This document shows positions 30,797 to 40,102 of a stretch of DNA of 64,000 bases, in pieces (position 1 is the stretch's first letter; each line of letters starts with the position of its first letter). Both the position numbers and the translations under genes were made by a program. The notes beneath the pieces are model-generated. The model ran no database searches. It had not been told where the DNA came from and worked only from the letters and a program-made list of their open reading frames with translations. The stretch is from Candidatus Bathyarchaeia archaeon (GTDB taxonomy: Archaea > Thermoproteota > Bathyarchaeia > Bathyarchaeales > Bathycorpusculaceae), in NCBI GenBank assembly GCA_049512075.1, contig JBEKXL010000009.1, positions 1 to 64,000 of the forward strand, given 5' to 3'.

Positions 30797-31099
30797 ATGT
30801 CTCAAGTTGAAGGCTACATTCTCAGAATTGCTACTAGGGAGTGGGTCAATCAAGTCTTCAGCATGGCGATTTATTATACGAACCTGCGTAGAACGTGGAG
30901 GAGGGGACAAACCGTACTGTTTGTGCACAAGACCAGCGTAGGCGACGCTCTGGTAGGTTATGGGCTAATAGAGAAGGCTTGGGAGAAAGATGAGCTGTGT
31001 GAACAGGACAAGTGTGAATGTGAGAAAGGCGGCTGGACAAGAGCAATTGAATTCACATATGTGAAACAGTTTGATAAGCCACTATCTAACGCTTACTGA
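30797..31099 (+). CDS. EVE/PUA-like domain protein, probably C-terminally truncated
   Basis: GQTVLFVH...ALVGYGLI...IEF....FDKPL pattern; upstream TATA TTTTATA. Confidence 0.6.
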   Translation: MSQVEGYILRIATREWVNQVFSMAIYYTNLRRTWRRGQTVLFVHKTSVGDALVGYGLIEKAWEKDELCEQDKCECEKGGWTRAIEFTYVKQFDKPLSNAY

Positions 31100-31231
31100 T
31101 AAGTGATAAACTACATTTTGAAAGCCAGTTCATGCGCGCGCACACTCACTATCTCCAAAGCTGAATGCTATCTAGTCGTGAAAACTAAGCTTCGTTTGTC
31201 TTCCGTTTCTTCTGTCCCTGGGGGACATTCC

Positions 31232-31495
31232 TTAATGGGCTTCCTTTCCTTTGACATAATCAACGCCGAACTTGGAAAGAGACACAACATCTCGACTTTT
31301 GCCATGGAAGTCTACATAACCTTTTGAATGAAGGTTTCCAAGAACCGTTGCAAAACTCTTTCTGATGCCATACTTCTTCGCGATTGTCTGCCATTTGATG
31401 ATGGACGCAACCTTCTCAACAGCGTAATAGCTCATCGCGATTATCTTATTGTCAAACATCCGGAACAAAATCTCTTCTTCGTAGTCTTTCAGCAT
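31232..31495 (-). CDS. Small winged-helix-like protein
   Basis: VLGNLHSKGYV...VVSLS wing pattern; divergent from an HTH gene. Confidence 0.7.
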   Translation of the reverse strand: MLKDYEEEILFRMFDNKIIAMSYYAVEKVASIIKWQTIAKKYGIRKSFATVLGNLHSKGYVDFHGKSRDVVSLSKFGVDYVKGKEAH

Positions 31496-31642
31496 TTTCT
31501 CCTGACTTAGTAGACTTGAGGTACTATATAATAATTTAGTACAACTATGCAACAACGTTTATATAACAATACTACCTGTTAGGATATTAATAATAATAAA
31601 ATAAAATCGATATATCGAAAAACAAGCGGAGGGGGAAAAGTA

Positions 31643-32158
31643 ATGCAATCGAACAGAACGAGCTTTCCAGAAGCTGTCAAAACAGTACTTGACACGATGG
31701 AAAAGAAGAGAACGCTTTCGGTGAATGCCTTATCACACGAAACAGGCCTTAACAGAAGAACAGTAGAGAAAACTTTGAGGCTTCTTCTAGATGTCCAACC
31801 ATATTTTCTCCACAGATCCTTGAGACTTGTCGAAATGAACCACTCAAAATTGATAGAGATAAACGAGAAATCGGGACTGCTTGACCTTCCAGAAAACATA
31901 CAGAACCTGATAATAAGGACGGTATATTATCCGAACCCTTCAAAAGAAGAAACAATCTTAACCCACATCCTCTTGAAAGAAGCATTTTCACCGGAAAAGG
32001 CTATCTCCCTAGAGAAAGATGCGACAGTCCGAAAACTTGTGAAGCAAGGACAAGTTCTGGAAGAGCGCGCGCTCTTCTATTTGTCTGACGAAGGGAAGAT
32101 AGTGGCAGAGGGAGCCTTGAAGCTATACCCTGAACTGAAAGAATTAGCCTACGCATAA
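31643..32158 (+). CDS. HTH/winged-helix protein
   Basis: SVNALSHETGLNRRTVEKTL HTH; second wHTH with LVKQGQV...YLSDEG. Confidence 0.8.
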   Translation: MQSNRTSFPEAVKTVLDTMEKKRTLSVNALSHETGLNRRTVEKTLRLLLDVQPYFLHRSLRLVEMNHSKLIEINEKSGLLDLPENIQNLIIRTVYYPNPSKEETILTHILLKEAFSPEKAISLEKDATVRKLVKQGQVLEERALFYLSDEGKIVAEGALKLYPELKELAYA

Positions 32159-32276
32159 CGAGAGGACAAACCAACCCCCAGCTATCACTCGCCGAGACCT
32201 GCCAAGGAAGAATTTTCTTCCGTAGCCCGCAACAAGCGCATTCACTGCCAAAGCTCGGCGTGCTCAACATTCTCAA
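32159..32276 (-). pseudogene. Truncated paralog of the zinc-finger gene at 39548-40102
   Basis: FGSECACCGLRKKILPWQVSASDSWGLVCP versus FGTECVLCKFWRRVLPWQISANGDWGAVCP; DNA-level similarity visible. Confidence 0.75.
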
Positions 32277-32288
32277 GTCGAGTTTCAG

Positions 32289-32564
32289 TCATTCTTGTTC
32301 AGTCTCTTGTCCATACATCTGATCATAGGCTGACTCTATTGCAGCCTCTTCCTGGTTTCCTATGTCCTTGGTTCTGCATTTTTCCTGTCCCAAGCAATCT
32401 TTGCAGTATTCAAAGGGCAGGTCTTTGTCATTGGGATTAGCCGACCAACCCGCGTGGCCAAACCATTCGCATTCTAGAGGAAGACTTAGCCGGGCTAAGT
32501 CGTGCTGTATCTTTGTCTGTGTTGCTTTTCTCTGAGTTTCCTCTTTCTTCATGGTTTTAGGCAA
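32289..32564 (-). CDS. Hypothetical Cys-containing protein
   Basis: 91 aa in a tightly packed minus-strand operon. Confidence 0.65.
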   Translation of the reverse strand: MPKTMKKEETQRKATQTKIQHDLARLSLPLECEWFGHAGWSANPNDKDLPFEYCKDCLGQEKCRTKDIGNQEEAAIESAYDQMYGQETEQE

Positions 32565-32971
32565 GTTTGTTCTCCCTCTTCAATCACCCTGAAAATGTTG
32601 GGAATAGACTCGAGAAACTTTTCCTTCTCTCCGTAGGAGAGCTTCTCAATGATTTCAATTAGGCCGTTGATAGTGACCCGGTAAACTTTAGTGACATCCT
32701 TGAGCTTCCACTCGAGGGCTTCGTGAAGGAAGGTCTGCCAGGCGTCTTCCTCAGCCTGGTCGAACAGGAAGAGCGTGTTAGAAGATGGTTCTATGAGGCC
32801 GTGTTTGTCTCGGCCAGGGTCAGGCGTCCAACAGACTTTCAAGGGAAGACCCAGCCGGTCCAGACACTGCTGCATCTTTGCCTGCACTCGCGATTCCTCA
32901 AGACTGCGAGTGGGCCCGTGCGATTCATCACCCGACTTTCCACTTTTTGACCGACTTTCACCTGGACCCAT
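32549..32971 (-). CDS. Hypothetical protein with zincin-like HEALE segment
   Basis: TFLHEALEW; overlaps the neighbouring operon gene; start uncertain. Confidence 0.65.
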   Translation of the reverse strand: MGPGESRSKSGKSGDESHGPTRSLEESRVQAKMQQCLDRLGLPLKVCWTPDPGRDKHGLIEPSSNTLFLFDQAEEDAWQTFLHEALEWKLKDVTKVYRVTINGLIEIIEKLSYGEKEKFLESIPNIFRVIEEGEQTCLKP

Positions 32972-33317
32972 TCAGTGCCCTCCAAAGAAGCACGGGTCTG
33001 TTCGAGAACTCCCAAGCGCGTGTCGCAGCGGGAGATTTGGGAAGATGTTCCGGGCTTGTCGAAAGCATAAACAAGCACCTCCCAGTTTCCGGATTCGAGG
33101 CTGAATCGAAGATGTTTGGTGGAGGCATCCCTTTCCCTCCTGCTGAACCGCACGCGCGATTGTTTGCGGGCGGGGTGGCCTGGGCGGCAAGCCCAACTTC
33201 CCGTTTTGCCACTTTGCGTGAACCAATGTCGATAGACAGAAGAAGCCCACTCTCCGCTTCTTTCGCGCGCGCTGTTTCGCGGCGATACAACATCTCATAA
33301 AAACCACGGCAAGGCAT

Positions 33318-33893
33318 TTAGACCACTCCTGAAGACTTTTCACTTGACCGCTTTTGTTGTCCCAAGACTGTTTCGCGGAGCATCTCCTCGAGCTCTTCCC
33401 TGGAATGAGACAGAAGCGCAGTCATGGTTTTGCTCAGGTATCGTCTTTTGATCTTGGTCTTCCCACCTTTCTTTCCCTTTTTGTTTGAGTAGTAGTGAAG
33501 ATAAGGGTAGGGTCCGTGAAGAGCCCCGCCGTTTTGGCAGTGGCAGCCCCGTCCTCCACAACAAACTCTTTCCATAACCACGCTGCCCTTGAATCCTTTG
33601 AGTTTTAGGGCTTTTTGAATCGACTTTTTGCCTGGAGTCTTGGGACAACCTGCTTTTGAGGGTTTAGTGACTGGCTTATCGTCCCCTTTCAGTGATGTGG
33701 CCACGTGAGAGGGCCCTACCTCAGCTTTGCTTGTCCCAAGACCTTTTTCATGGAACCCCTCGCAACCCGGATCGTCAGGTAGGTTTCTGGGAATCTCAGC
33801 CAACAGCCAGTTGCAGAAGCGAGGATTTCCTTCTGTGAGCTTATCACATTTTGAGCAACTGGCCTCTTTGCGCGCTTCATTCATCCCTGGCAA
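33318..33893 (-). CDS. DUF6788-like zinc-binding basic protein
   Basis: CGGRGCHCQNGGALHGPYPY motif. Confidence 0.75.
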   Translation of the reverse strand: MPGMNEARKEASCSKCDKLTEGNPRFCNWLLAEIPRNLPDDPGCEGFHEKGLGTSKAEVGPSHVATSLKGDDKPVTKPSKAGCPKTPGKKSIQKALKLKGFKGSVVMERVCCGGRGCHCQNGGALHGPYPYLHYYSNKKGKKGGKTKIKRRYLSKTMTALLSHSREELEEMLRETVLGQQKRSSEKSSGVV

Positions 33894-34401
33894 GCCTCCC
33901 GTTTTGGCTGAGTGTGTGAATGGTTGAAGGTAGCAACGCGGGAAACGAGGGTTTGCCCGGAGCCGCTTCTCTTGGCGCAGCGGCGGAAAAAGCTGTAGGA
34001 GAAAGACCTTTCCCAGCCGGTGTGTGCGGCACTGCCTGTTTTCCGAGTTTCAAGGACTGTTCGCTGTGGCAGACAAAACCTTTCTCGCCCGCTCGTTGCC
34101 TCACCGTTGCGCGCGCGCTGAAGGCAGCGGAAATCGAGGGCTTGCCTGGACCCTGTTGGGGCAGAGACTGCCCATTCCCAGGCTTAGAAAGTGTTTGAGG
34201 AATTGTTTTGTGGCAGAGGCCTTTCTCGTCCACATGCCTTTCAACCTGCACCGTTGAGTCTTGCAGGATTTCGCCACAATTAGCACAAAAGGAACGCCCT
34301 GAGTGTGTGATGAAGCCGTATGCAGCGACCTCGCCTAATCTTCGGCCGCATCGTCGGCAAAGCGTCGCCCGGTTTCGTGAGCCCACATTCACTTTCAGCA
34401 T
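33877..34401 (-). CDS. Zinc-finger protein with low-complexity tail
   Basis: CRRCG...CANCG; starts right after the topoisomerase stop. Confidence 0.6.
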   Translation of the reverse strand: MLKVNVGSRNRATLCRRCGRRLGEVAAYGFITHSGRSFCANCGEILQDSTVQVERHVDEKGLCHKTIPQTLSKPGNGQSLPQQGPGKPSISAAFSARATVRQRAGEKGFVCHSEQSLKLGKQAVPHTPAGKGLSPTAFSAAAPREAAPGKPSFPALLPSTIHTLSQNGRLARDE

Positions 34402-34402
34402 T

Positions 34403-37213
34403 TCAGTCACTCCTGAGCTTTTCGTCTTGCTCGACGCTGCTCGCGCCGACAAAGTTGGGTTTTTTGCAGTTTTTAGGCATGGCTACTCTGTGCAGTTTTT
34501 CGGGTTTTGTTCCCGCTAGCCTGTTAAGAATGTATTCTGCAGCCTCATCCCTTGCCTTTGGATCCTTGAACGTGGTTTCGACGTATGAGCTGACTTGCTG
34601 TTGAATAATCTCTCTCCACCCGTCAAAAGGAAAGGTCTTCAGGGTTTCGTCAAGAGGCTGTCTTAAGTCCAACGTGTCAAGAGATTTTTGCTTAACGATT
34701 AGGGTTTTCCACTGGTCAACAGCTTTTTGGCCTCCGAACATCGTGAACATCAAGTCTTTAATGTACTGGTCAAGGGCTCCGTCTATTCGTTGCTGTGTTT
34801 CCACATTGAGAACATCATCGGGAGGTCTGACTTTCCGTTTCGTGCCTTGTGCCTCAATCTTCTTAGTTATCCAGTTGAGAAACTCTTCAGGAGTGAAGGC
34901 GTTAAGTTCGATTCTATAGTGAACTTCGATAGGCTTCAACAAGTCGTCGCCTTTCAAGTGGGTTAGCGCGAAAAGTTCCTCTTGAGACAGATACTCCAAG
35001 ACGTTCTTAGGTATCCTCTTAGGCTTTTTCAGCACAACCTTCTCTGGCTTGAACCCAAGCTCCATTCCTTCCAAAATTGAGAGGCCCAAATCAACAACCT
35101 GAATCCGGTTGTCCTTCATTCGTTTACTTTCCCTAGACAAGCCTAAGTATATGCTAGTGCCGAAAACATCACCATCATGAACGGCGTATATGGGAATCTG
35201 TTCATTCCATTCCTTAGCTGTCTGTTCGATACGGTGTAACAGCCTACGCACCGAAAAAGTGCTTTGCCCTTGTCCGCCTACCGTAAGTGCGTCTAACTTG
35301 TCCTGCAGCCGGTCAGCTCGAACTACGCGTTGAAGACCCTTCTTTTCAAATACCCAAACCTGACCGTACAGCCATTTAGGTATCTCATAACTTGCCTCAC
35401 CCTCAGTGCTGAGATAAACAATATTGTCGTTCCGAGGTTCACATAGAATAGAGTTCGCTTGCAACAGCAAACCGTTAAGATCCACGCCTCTCTTTTTGCA
35501 CTCGTCAAGAATGAGAGGGAAATACTTGTACTCAGGAGCGAAAGCACTCAGACCTTTCTTTTCAAGAAGATTGCAGACGGTATAAAATAACATTCTCTGT
35601 TCGAAATATGGATATTGGCCGTCGCTCGTTTCATGCTTTTTTGCTTCCTCTATAATCTCATAAACAGCTTCCATCTGTCCTTCCGGAACCTCAATTTCGC
35701 CAGTAGAGTTTCTGAGTAGCTCAAACCGTTTTTTTGCTCTTTTGTAGAATTTGGTTGCTCTGTCGATTGTGTCTCCTATGTTGAATACATCAGTGTTTAT
35801 CTCTGTCTTGCCCGGGTCCTTGTATGGAATGTTCGGACAGGTTATGTGAACGAGTACTGTGACGGGTTGATCACGTCCAATCCCGTTCTTCTCGCAGACA
35901 CCTTTGACGCCGGGCCAATCTCGGTTGCGCTCTTGGAAGAAAACGAGTCTGCCGAAGGGGTCTTCCATTTTAATGCTCCGGTTCAGGCCGACGTGGATAC
36001 GTCGCCCAGGTATGCCAGTAACTCCGACGGCCACTTCAAGCACGTACGGAATTTGAACTTCGCTTTCTCCTTGCCTGAGAATTGAAGTATTCTTGTAGCA
36101 TTTGTAGACAAAGCTCTTGGCTGAGTTTAATAATCCGTCAATTTCTTCAATTCTATACCCGAGGTTTGTTCTTCCGATTTTGCCTAGAATGTTCGGGCTT
36201 GGAGCATTACACACTTCCTTCATGGCCCTATGGAGTCTAATGATGAGTTCTGGCTTGCCTAGAAGTTGCTCTTCAAGGCAGTTCTCCATGCTAGCTCTTT
36301 TCAGAATTTCCTTGACCTGTTCATCACGGCTTGCCCCCCAAAACTGGCGAATAAAGCTGTCTAGTTTGAAATGTTCTCCGCGTTCTACGTGATCTCTGAC
36401 TTGCGTTTCATATCTCTCTACGTACTCGTTTTCGCTGAAATGATGAGGGCTCTCCCTCAGTTCTTTTGTCTTGGTTCTTGACACGTGACTGTCTGCCACT
36501 ATGGCTCCTTGGAAAGTGATTCTTGCTTGTGGATTGAAACAGGCGAAGGATTCAATGTCATGCCGATAACGTTCTGGGTCGCCCCATTTTTCTCCATAGA
36601 TAGGCAGAAAAACTATGACGGTTGTGCCGATTCTCTTCTTAATTTCCTGCTGAACAGGCGGAGGGACCACAACTTCACCGTTGACGTATTCGCCATGAAT
36701 TTCGTACCTTGTATTCCCACTCAGGATAAAAATGGGAATTTGCTCTGTCTGCTTCGCATGGAACAGGGCGAAGTTTGCTCCAATAATGGCTTTCCAAGCG
36801 TTTCCCAGCGCGCCTCGGCTCGCATATTTATAGTGAAAACGGCTGCTGTAGAAACGTTTGAAGTCTCGGATATTGTTGATTTTTTCTTCGTCCATGCCTG
36901 ATCCGTTGTCGTCAACCTGAAGCATCATGGTCGAGTCATTGCTTTTTTTGACATCGACCGAAACTGTTGGAGTCCGTAGATTATCGGTTTCGTCACAGAT
37001 GTCTAAGGCGTTGTCTACGAGTTCCTTGAGTATTAATTTGTCCAAGTTCGCTGGGATTGTTGCAGTCAGACGTTGTAACCCTTCGAGGCTAAAATAGTCA
37101 GCTTCTTTAGTTCTAGGCAACATTCGCCGAGGAACGAAGTCAAGACCATGACTAAGTCCAGGTTTGATTGTGTCTGCAAGGGCAGCCATGATGATGCCTC
37201 TAAGTTCCCTCAC
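34403..37213 (-). CDS. Single-chain type IIB topoisomerase (TopoVI B-A fusion, Topo VIII-like)
   Basis: GHKL motifs ELVDNALD, DDNGSG, RGALGN, GTTV; transducer GKTEI; 5Y-CAP RMLFY; Toprim VFEKKG and HDGD; RIELNA. Confidence 0.88.
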   Translation of the reverse strand: MRELRGIIMAALADTIKPGLSHGLDFVPRRMLPRTKEADYFSLEGLQRLTATIPANLDKLILKELVDNALDICDETDNLRTPTVSVDVKKSNDSTMMLQVDDNGSGMDEEKINNIRDFKRFYSSRFHYKYASRGALGNAWKAIIGANFALFHAKQTEQIPIFILSGNTRYEIHGEYVNGEVVVPPPVQQEIKKRIGTTVIVFLPIYGEKWGDPERYRHDIESFACFNPQARITFQGAIVADSHVSRTKTKELRESPHHFSENEYVERYETQVRDHVERGEHFKLDSFIRQFWGASRDEQVKEILKRASMENCLEEQLLGKPELIIRLHRAMKEVCNAPSPNILGKIGRTNLGYRIEEIDGLLNSAKSFVYKCYKNTSILRQGESEVQIPYVLEVAVGVTGIPGRRIHVGLNRSIKMEDPFGRLVFFQERNRDWPGVKGVCEKNGIGRDQPVTVLVHITCPNIPYKDPGKTEINTDVFNIGDTIDRATKFYKRAKKRFELLRNSTGEIEVPEGQMEAVYEIIEEAKKHETSDGQYPYFEQRMLFYTVCNLLEKKGLSAFAPEYKYFPLILDECKKRGVDLNGLLLQANSILCEPRNDNIVYLSTEGEASYEIPKWLYGQVWVFEKKGLQRVVRADRLQDKLDALTVGGQGQSTFSVRRLLHRIEQTAKEWNEQIPIYAVHDGDVFGTSIYLGLSRESKRMKDNRIQVVDLGLSILEGMELGFKPEKVVLKKPKRIPKNVLEYLSQEELFALTHLKGDDLLKPIEVHYRIELNAFTPEEFLNWITKKIEAQGTKRKVRPPDDVLNVETQQRIDGALDQYIKDLMFTMFGGQKAVDQWKTLIVKQKSLDTLDLRQPLDETLKTFPFDGWREIIQQQVSSYVETTFKDPKARDEAAEYILNRLAGTKPEKLHRVAMPKNCKKPNFVGASSVEQDEKLRSD

Positions 37214-37512
37214 TCAATGGGCCGGGTTTCCTGCGCCCTTGCCTCAGCCTCCCGTGAAAGCTCCGTCTGCTCGCCGTCGACTTCGTGCGCGCGCGCTTCT
37301 GTTTTCTGCTGCATTTCCAAGGCATGCTCGAAGTCGGCCAACAAAATTCTGAGAGATTTTACGATGTCGGCCAATGATGCTTTTTCTGGGTAGACGACAG
37401 CTGAGACTCGGTTACCTACAAGTTTCAAATTGAGCCCAAGGGCGTCGACGACTTCACGTGGAATATAGGCCACGTGCTGTTTCTCGTTGATTTTTATTTC
37501 AAACTCAACCAT
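37210..37512 (-). CDS. AbrB/SpoVT-like regulator
   Basis: IKINEKQHVAYIPREVVDALG. Confidence 0.75.
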   Translation of the reverse strand: MVEFEIKINEKQHVAYIPREVVDALGLNLKLVGNRVSAVVYPEKASLADIVKSLRILLADFEHALEMQQKTEARAHEVDGEQTELSREAEARAQETRPIE

Positions 37513-37593
37513 GTTGACGCCTATGTTTTTCCTATGGAAACCATAAGCTTATATCACGAGTTTACATCTTATAAACTCTCGTCAAGGCGTTAG
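37513..37593. promoter_or_regulatory. Divergent promoter/operator region
   Basis: TATA-like CTTATA boxes; palindromes ATAAGCTTAT and GAGTTTA-N7-TAAACTC. Confidence 0.45.
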
Positions 37594-38664
37594 GTGCTGG
37601 TCTTGGTCAGAAGATTGAAAAACAAGAGAGATAAATGGCAAGCAGCTCGATGGGACAAAAATCACCAAATCATCAAGAAAATAATCGACGAAAGATATCT
37701 TAGGCATGCTTTTTCAGTTTCCGACATCATGGAGTCACTGAAGGAGAAAGTTGAGGGGACCAATCGCAATCATGCAGCCGATGAAGGATGGATTGATGAG
37801 GGGGTTCCAAGTCGACAAACAGTTCACGCACACCTGAAACAGTTTGTTAGCGAGGGAGAAATAACATGGATTAGAAGAGGTGAATACTCATCGAAAACCG
37901 TATCCGAAGCCCTAAAAGAGCACCTTGGCAGGGACTCGTATGACTTACTTGACTGGTTCATGGATCAATTACAAAGCTATAATGTTCCACCTGAACTTCT
38001 GGCTGAGGGCAGGACCCTACTACAGAAGCATCTACTGTTCCTAGGCGGCGTACATATTTTCCTTGAAGATTTTCTCTTTAAGGAATTAGAAAGCCAGTTA
38101 CCATTGGCCAGTGCGTTAATCATGGTGCTAGGAACTAAAGGAGAAACTGGAGAGAGGCAAGACATAAGGAGGCTTGCCAGCCTTGGTGTTCCCTCCAACT
38201 TGACTATACGTATGCACGCGAGCTATGGAAGACCTGAACCTCTAAAAGTTGGAAATGGGACAGTGTATGGCGAGACTTGGAAGGACGCGGCTGCCAGCCT
38301 CAATCCCGTCATTTTTAACGTCACTATCGCTGCTTGTTGCGCGGAAATATCTCTTGGAAGACTGTATGAAAGAGTCGGCAAAGAAGCGCCTAGGCTTTTC
38401 CTAGGCAGGATGGTGATGGGTGAAGGAAGAGAAGCCCTTCAAAAAACAGCGAATGACGTACTCAAAATCGCGTCATGGTGGATTAATGAAATCTCTAGCT
38501 ATATACCTGCAAGTGGAGTGCTCCAGCTCCTGACTGTTCTCTTGATCTACAACACACGAACGTTCAAACAAGCGTTGGCGAAGATACCCCCAGACTGCAA
38601 TATCCACGCGCCCCTCAATGTGGGACCGCAAGAAAAGGTTCAAAAAAGAGGCGAGAAAGAATGA
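37594..38664 (+). CDS. Hypothetical protein with N-terminal winged HTH
   Basis: PSRQTVHAHLKQFVSEGEI...RGEY. Confidence 0.75.
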   Translation: MLVLVRRLKNKRDKWQAARWDKNHQIIKKIIDERYLRHAFSVSDIMESLKEKVEGTNRNHAADEGWIDEGVPSRQTVHAHLKQFVSEGEITWIRRGEYSSKTVSEALKEHLGRDSYDLLDWFMDQLQSYNVPPELLAEGRTLLQKHLLFLGGVHIFLEDFLFKELESQLPLASALIMVLGTKGETGERQDIRRLASLGVPSNLTIRMHASYGRPEPLKVGNGTVYGETWKDAAASLNPVIFNVTIAACCAEISLGRLYERVGKEAPRLFLGRMVMGEGREALQKTANDVLKIASWWINEISSYIPASGVLQLLTVLLIYNTRTFKQALAKIPPDCNIHAPLNVGPQEKVQKRGEKE

Positions 38665-38721
38665 AGAGACAGTCTTACAATCCAATACGAGGGCACATGG
38701 TGGTGGGACCTGTTCTGGGGG

Positions 38722-39123
38722 CTATTGAGGCATGGGTTCAGGTTTAGGTTTCAATCCTTCGGCCTCAACCTTCTTTGTCAATTCTTCTTGGGCAATTCTT
38801 CCAGAGTCATGCTTGGCTATTTGAAAGGCGAGTTCCCAGAGGGCCTTGGCGATGGGACTTTCAGTGTTCAGTTTGACCATCACAGCCCTTCCTATCCGTC
38901 TGGTTTTGACGGCTAAACCATACTCTTCCAGTATCGGCCAGGCCCTGTAGAGCGTCTTCCAGGCTACGCCGCTGTTTCTGCTTATCTCAACCTTTGAATA
39001 GTCAAAGTCTTTGTACAGGGTTAAGAAATCCAGAAGCTTTGCTGTTGCTGAATCCGGGAAAAGCTTGCGTAACGTGGCTGGGTTCGCCTCTTCCGACTCT
39101 TTGATTCTTTCCATTAATTTCAC
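38722..39123 (-). CDS. Winged-HTH regulator
   Basis: DYSKVEISRNSGVAWKTLY...TRRIGRA...KLNTESP. Confidence 0.85.
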   Translation of the reverse strand: MKLMERIKESEEANPATLRKLFPDSATAKLLDFLTLYKDFDYSKVEISRNSGVAWKTLYRAWPILEEYGLAVKTRRIGRAVMVKLNTESPIAKALWELAFQIAKHDSGRIAQEELTKKVEAEGLKPKPEPMPQ

Positions 39124-39259
39124 CTTTAGACTTGATTACTAGCGCGCGCTACTAACTAACTATTAACTACTCATTTGACATATTTAAAGTTTATTTTTGA
39201 CACATCAATGTGTCATGCATTCACAACGCTTAAATCCACAGGAAAGAGAAGGAAAGTTG

Positions 39260-39505
39260 ATGGACAAAATCGCAAAAACGGTTCTTGAAAAGCTCCTCAG
39301 ACACGGATACGTCGGCGGCCGTCATACGGCGTTGGAGAACCTACCGAAAGGTTTTCCAAGACATGATTACGGAGAAGTTATGGAGACAGCTGAGGACTTG
39401 ATAAGACAAGGCCTAATAATTCTTAAACCAACAGGCTATGGCACGCAAGTTTCACTGGATCCTCATAGAATGGCCGAGATAGAGAGAATAATAAACGACC
39501 CATGA
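39260..39505 (+). CDS. Small winged-helix-like protein with GGRHT motif
   Basis: YVGGRHT...LIRQGLI..KPT...VSL; divergent from the wHTH gene. Confidence 0.8.
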   Translation: MDKIAKTVLEKLLRHGYVGGRHTALENLPKGFPRHDYGEVMETAEDLIRQGLIILKPTGYGTQVSLDPHRMAEIERIINDP

Positions 39506-39547
39506 TATGGTGGCGCGGGCGCTCAACCTTCAGCGTTTTGCACCCCT

Positions 39548-40102
39548 TCACCATCTCAATCTTTCATGGATTTTCGCCGCTTCTTTGAAAGTCACGGTTT
39601 CAATCTTGTCCTCTTGATTCTTACCCACCCTTCCTGAAGGTTTTGGCTCCTCTCGACTGCGAATTTCCCGCGCCAATTTGACACATCGCAAGAAAATTTC
39701 TTCCCCGGTTTTCTTTCGGAACCTACGTCTAGAACGAGGCCTCAACCTGACGGCTACGCCCAAAGACTCAACAACCTCACTGGACCCTTCCCAGAAGAGC
39801 CCGGCCGCAGTTTCGAGAATTGATTCTTTCATAAGGTCGCCGATCAGCAACTCAGCTTCACGCTTGTTTACACCGAAACATAAGAGAGCCTCAACTAACT
39901 CGACCTTCTTGAATGAGCCAAGCAGCCTCGAGCGCAGTTGTCGAACCAGCATACTTTTTCCACATTCTGGGCAGACAGCTCCCCAGTCGCCGTTCGCCGA
40001 AATCTGCCAAGGAAGAACCCTTCTCCAGAACTTACAAAGTACGCATTCGGTGCCAAACTGAGGCGGGTTTAGAGCCATCAACTGACTCTCTTCAAAACTC
40101 AT
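39548..40102 (-). CDS. Zinc-finger protein
   Basis: CVLC...WQ...WG.VCPEC; ATGA overlap with the upstream ATPase gene. Confidence 0.75.
   Translation of the reverse strand: MSFEESQLMALNPPQFGTECVLCKFWRRVLPWQISANGDWGAVCPECGKSMLVRQLRSRLLGSFKKVELVEALLCFGVNKREAELLIGDLMKESILETAAGLFWEGSSEVVESLGVAVRLRPRSRRRFRKKTGEEIFLRCVKLAREIRSREEPKPSGRVGKNQEDKIETVTFKEAAKIHERLRW

Noticed and set aside
32958-33343. Overlapping minus-strand ORFs of 119 and 123 aa
   Set aside because: One may be real given the operon packing, but neither has a motif that lets me choose
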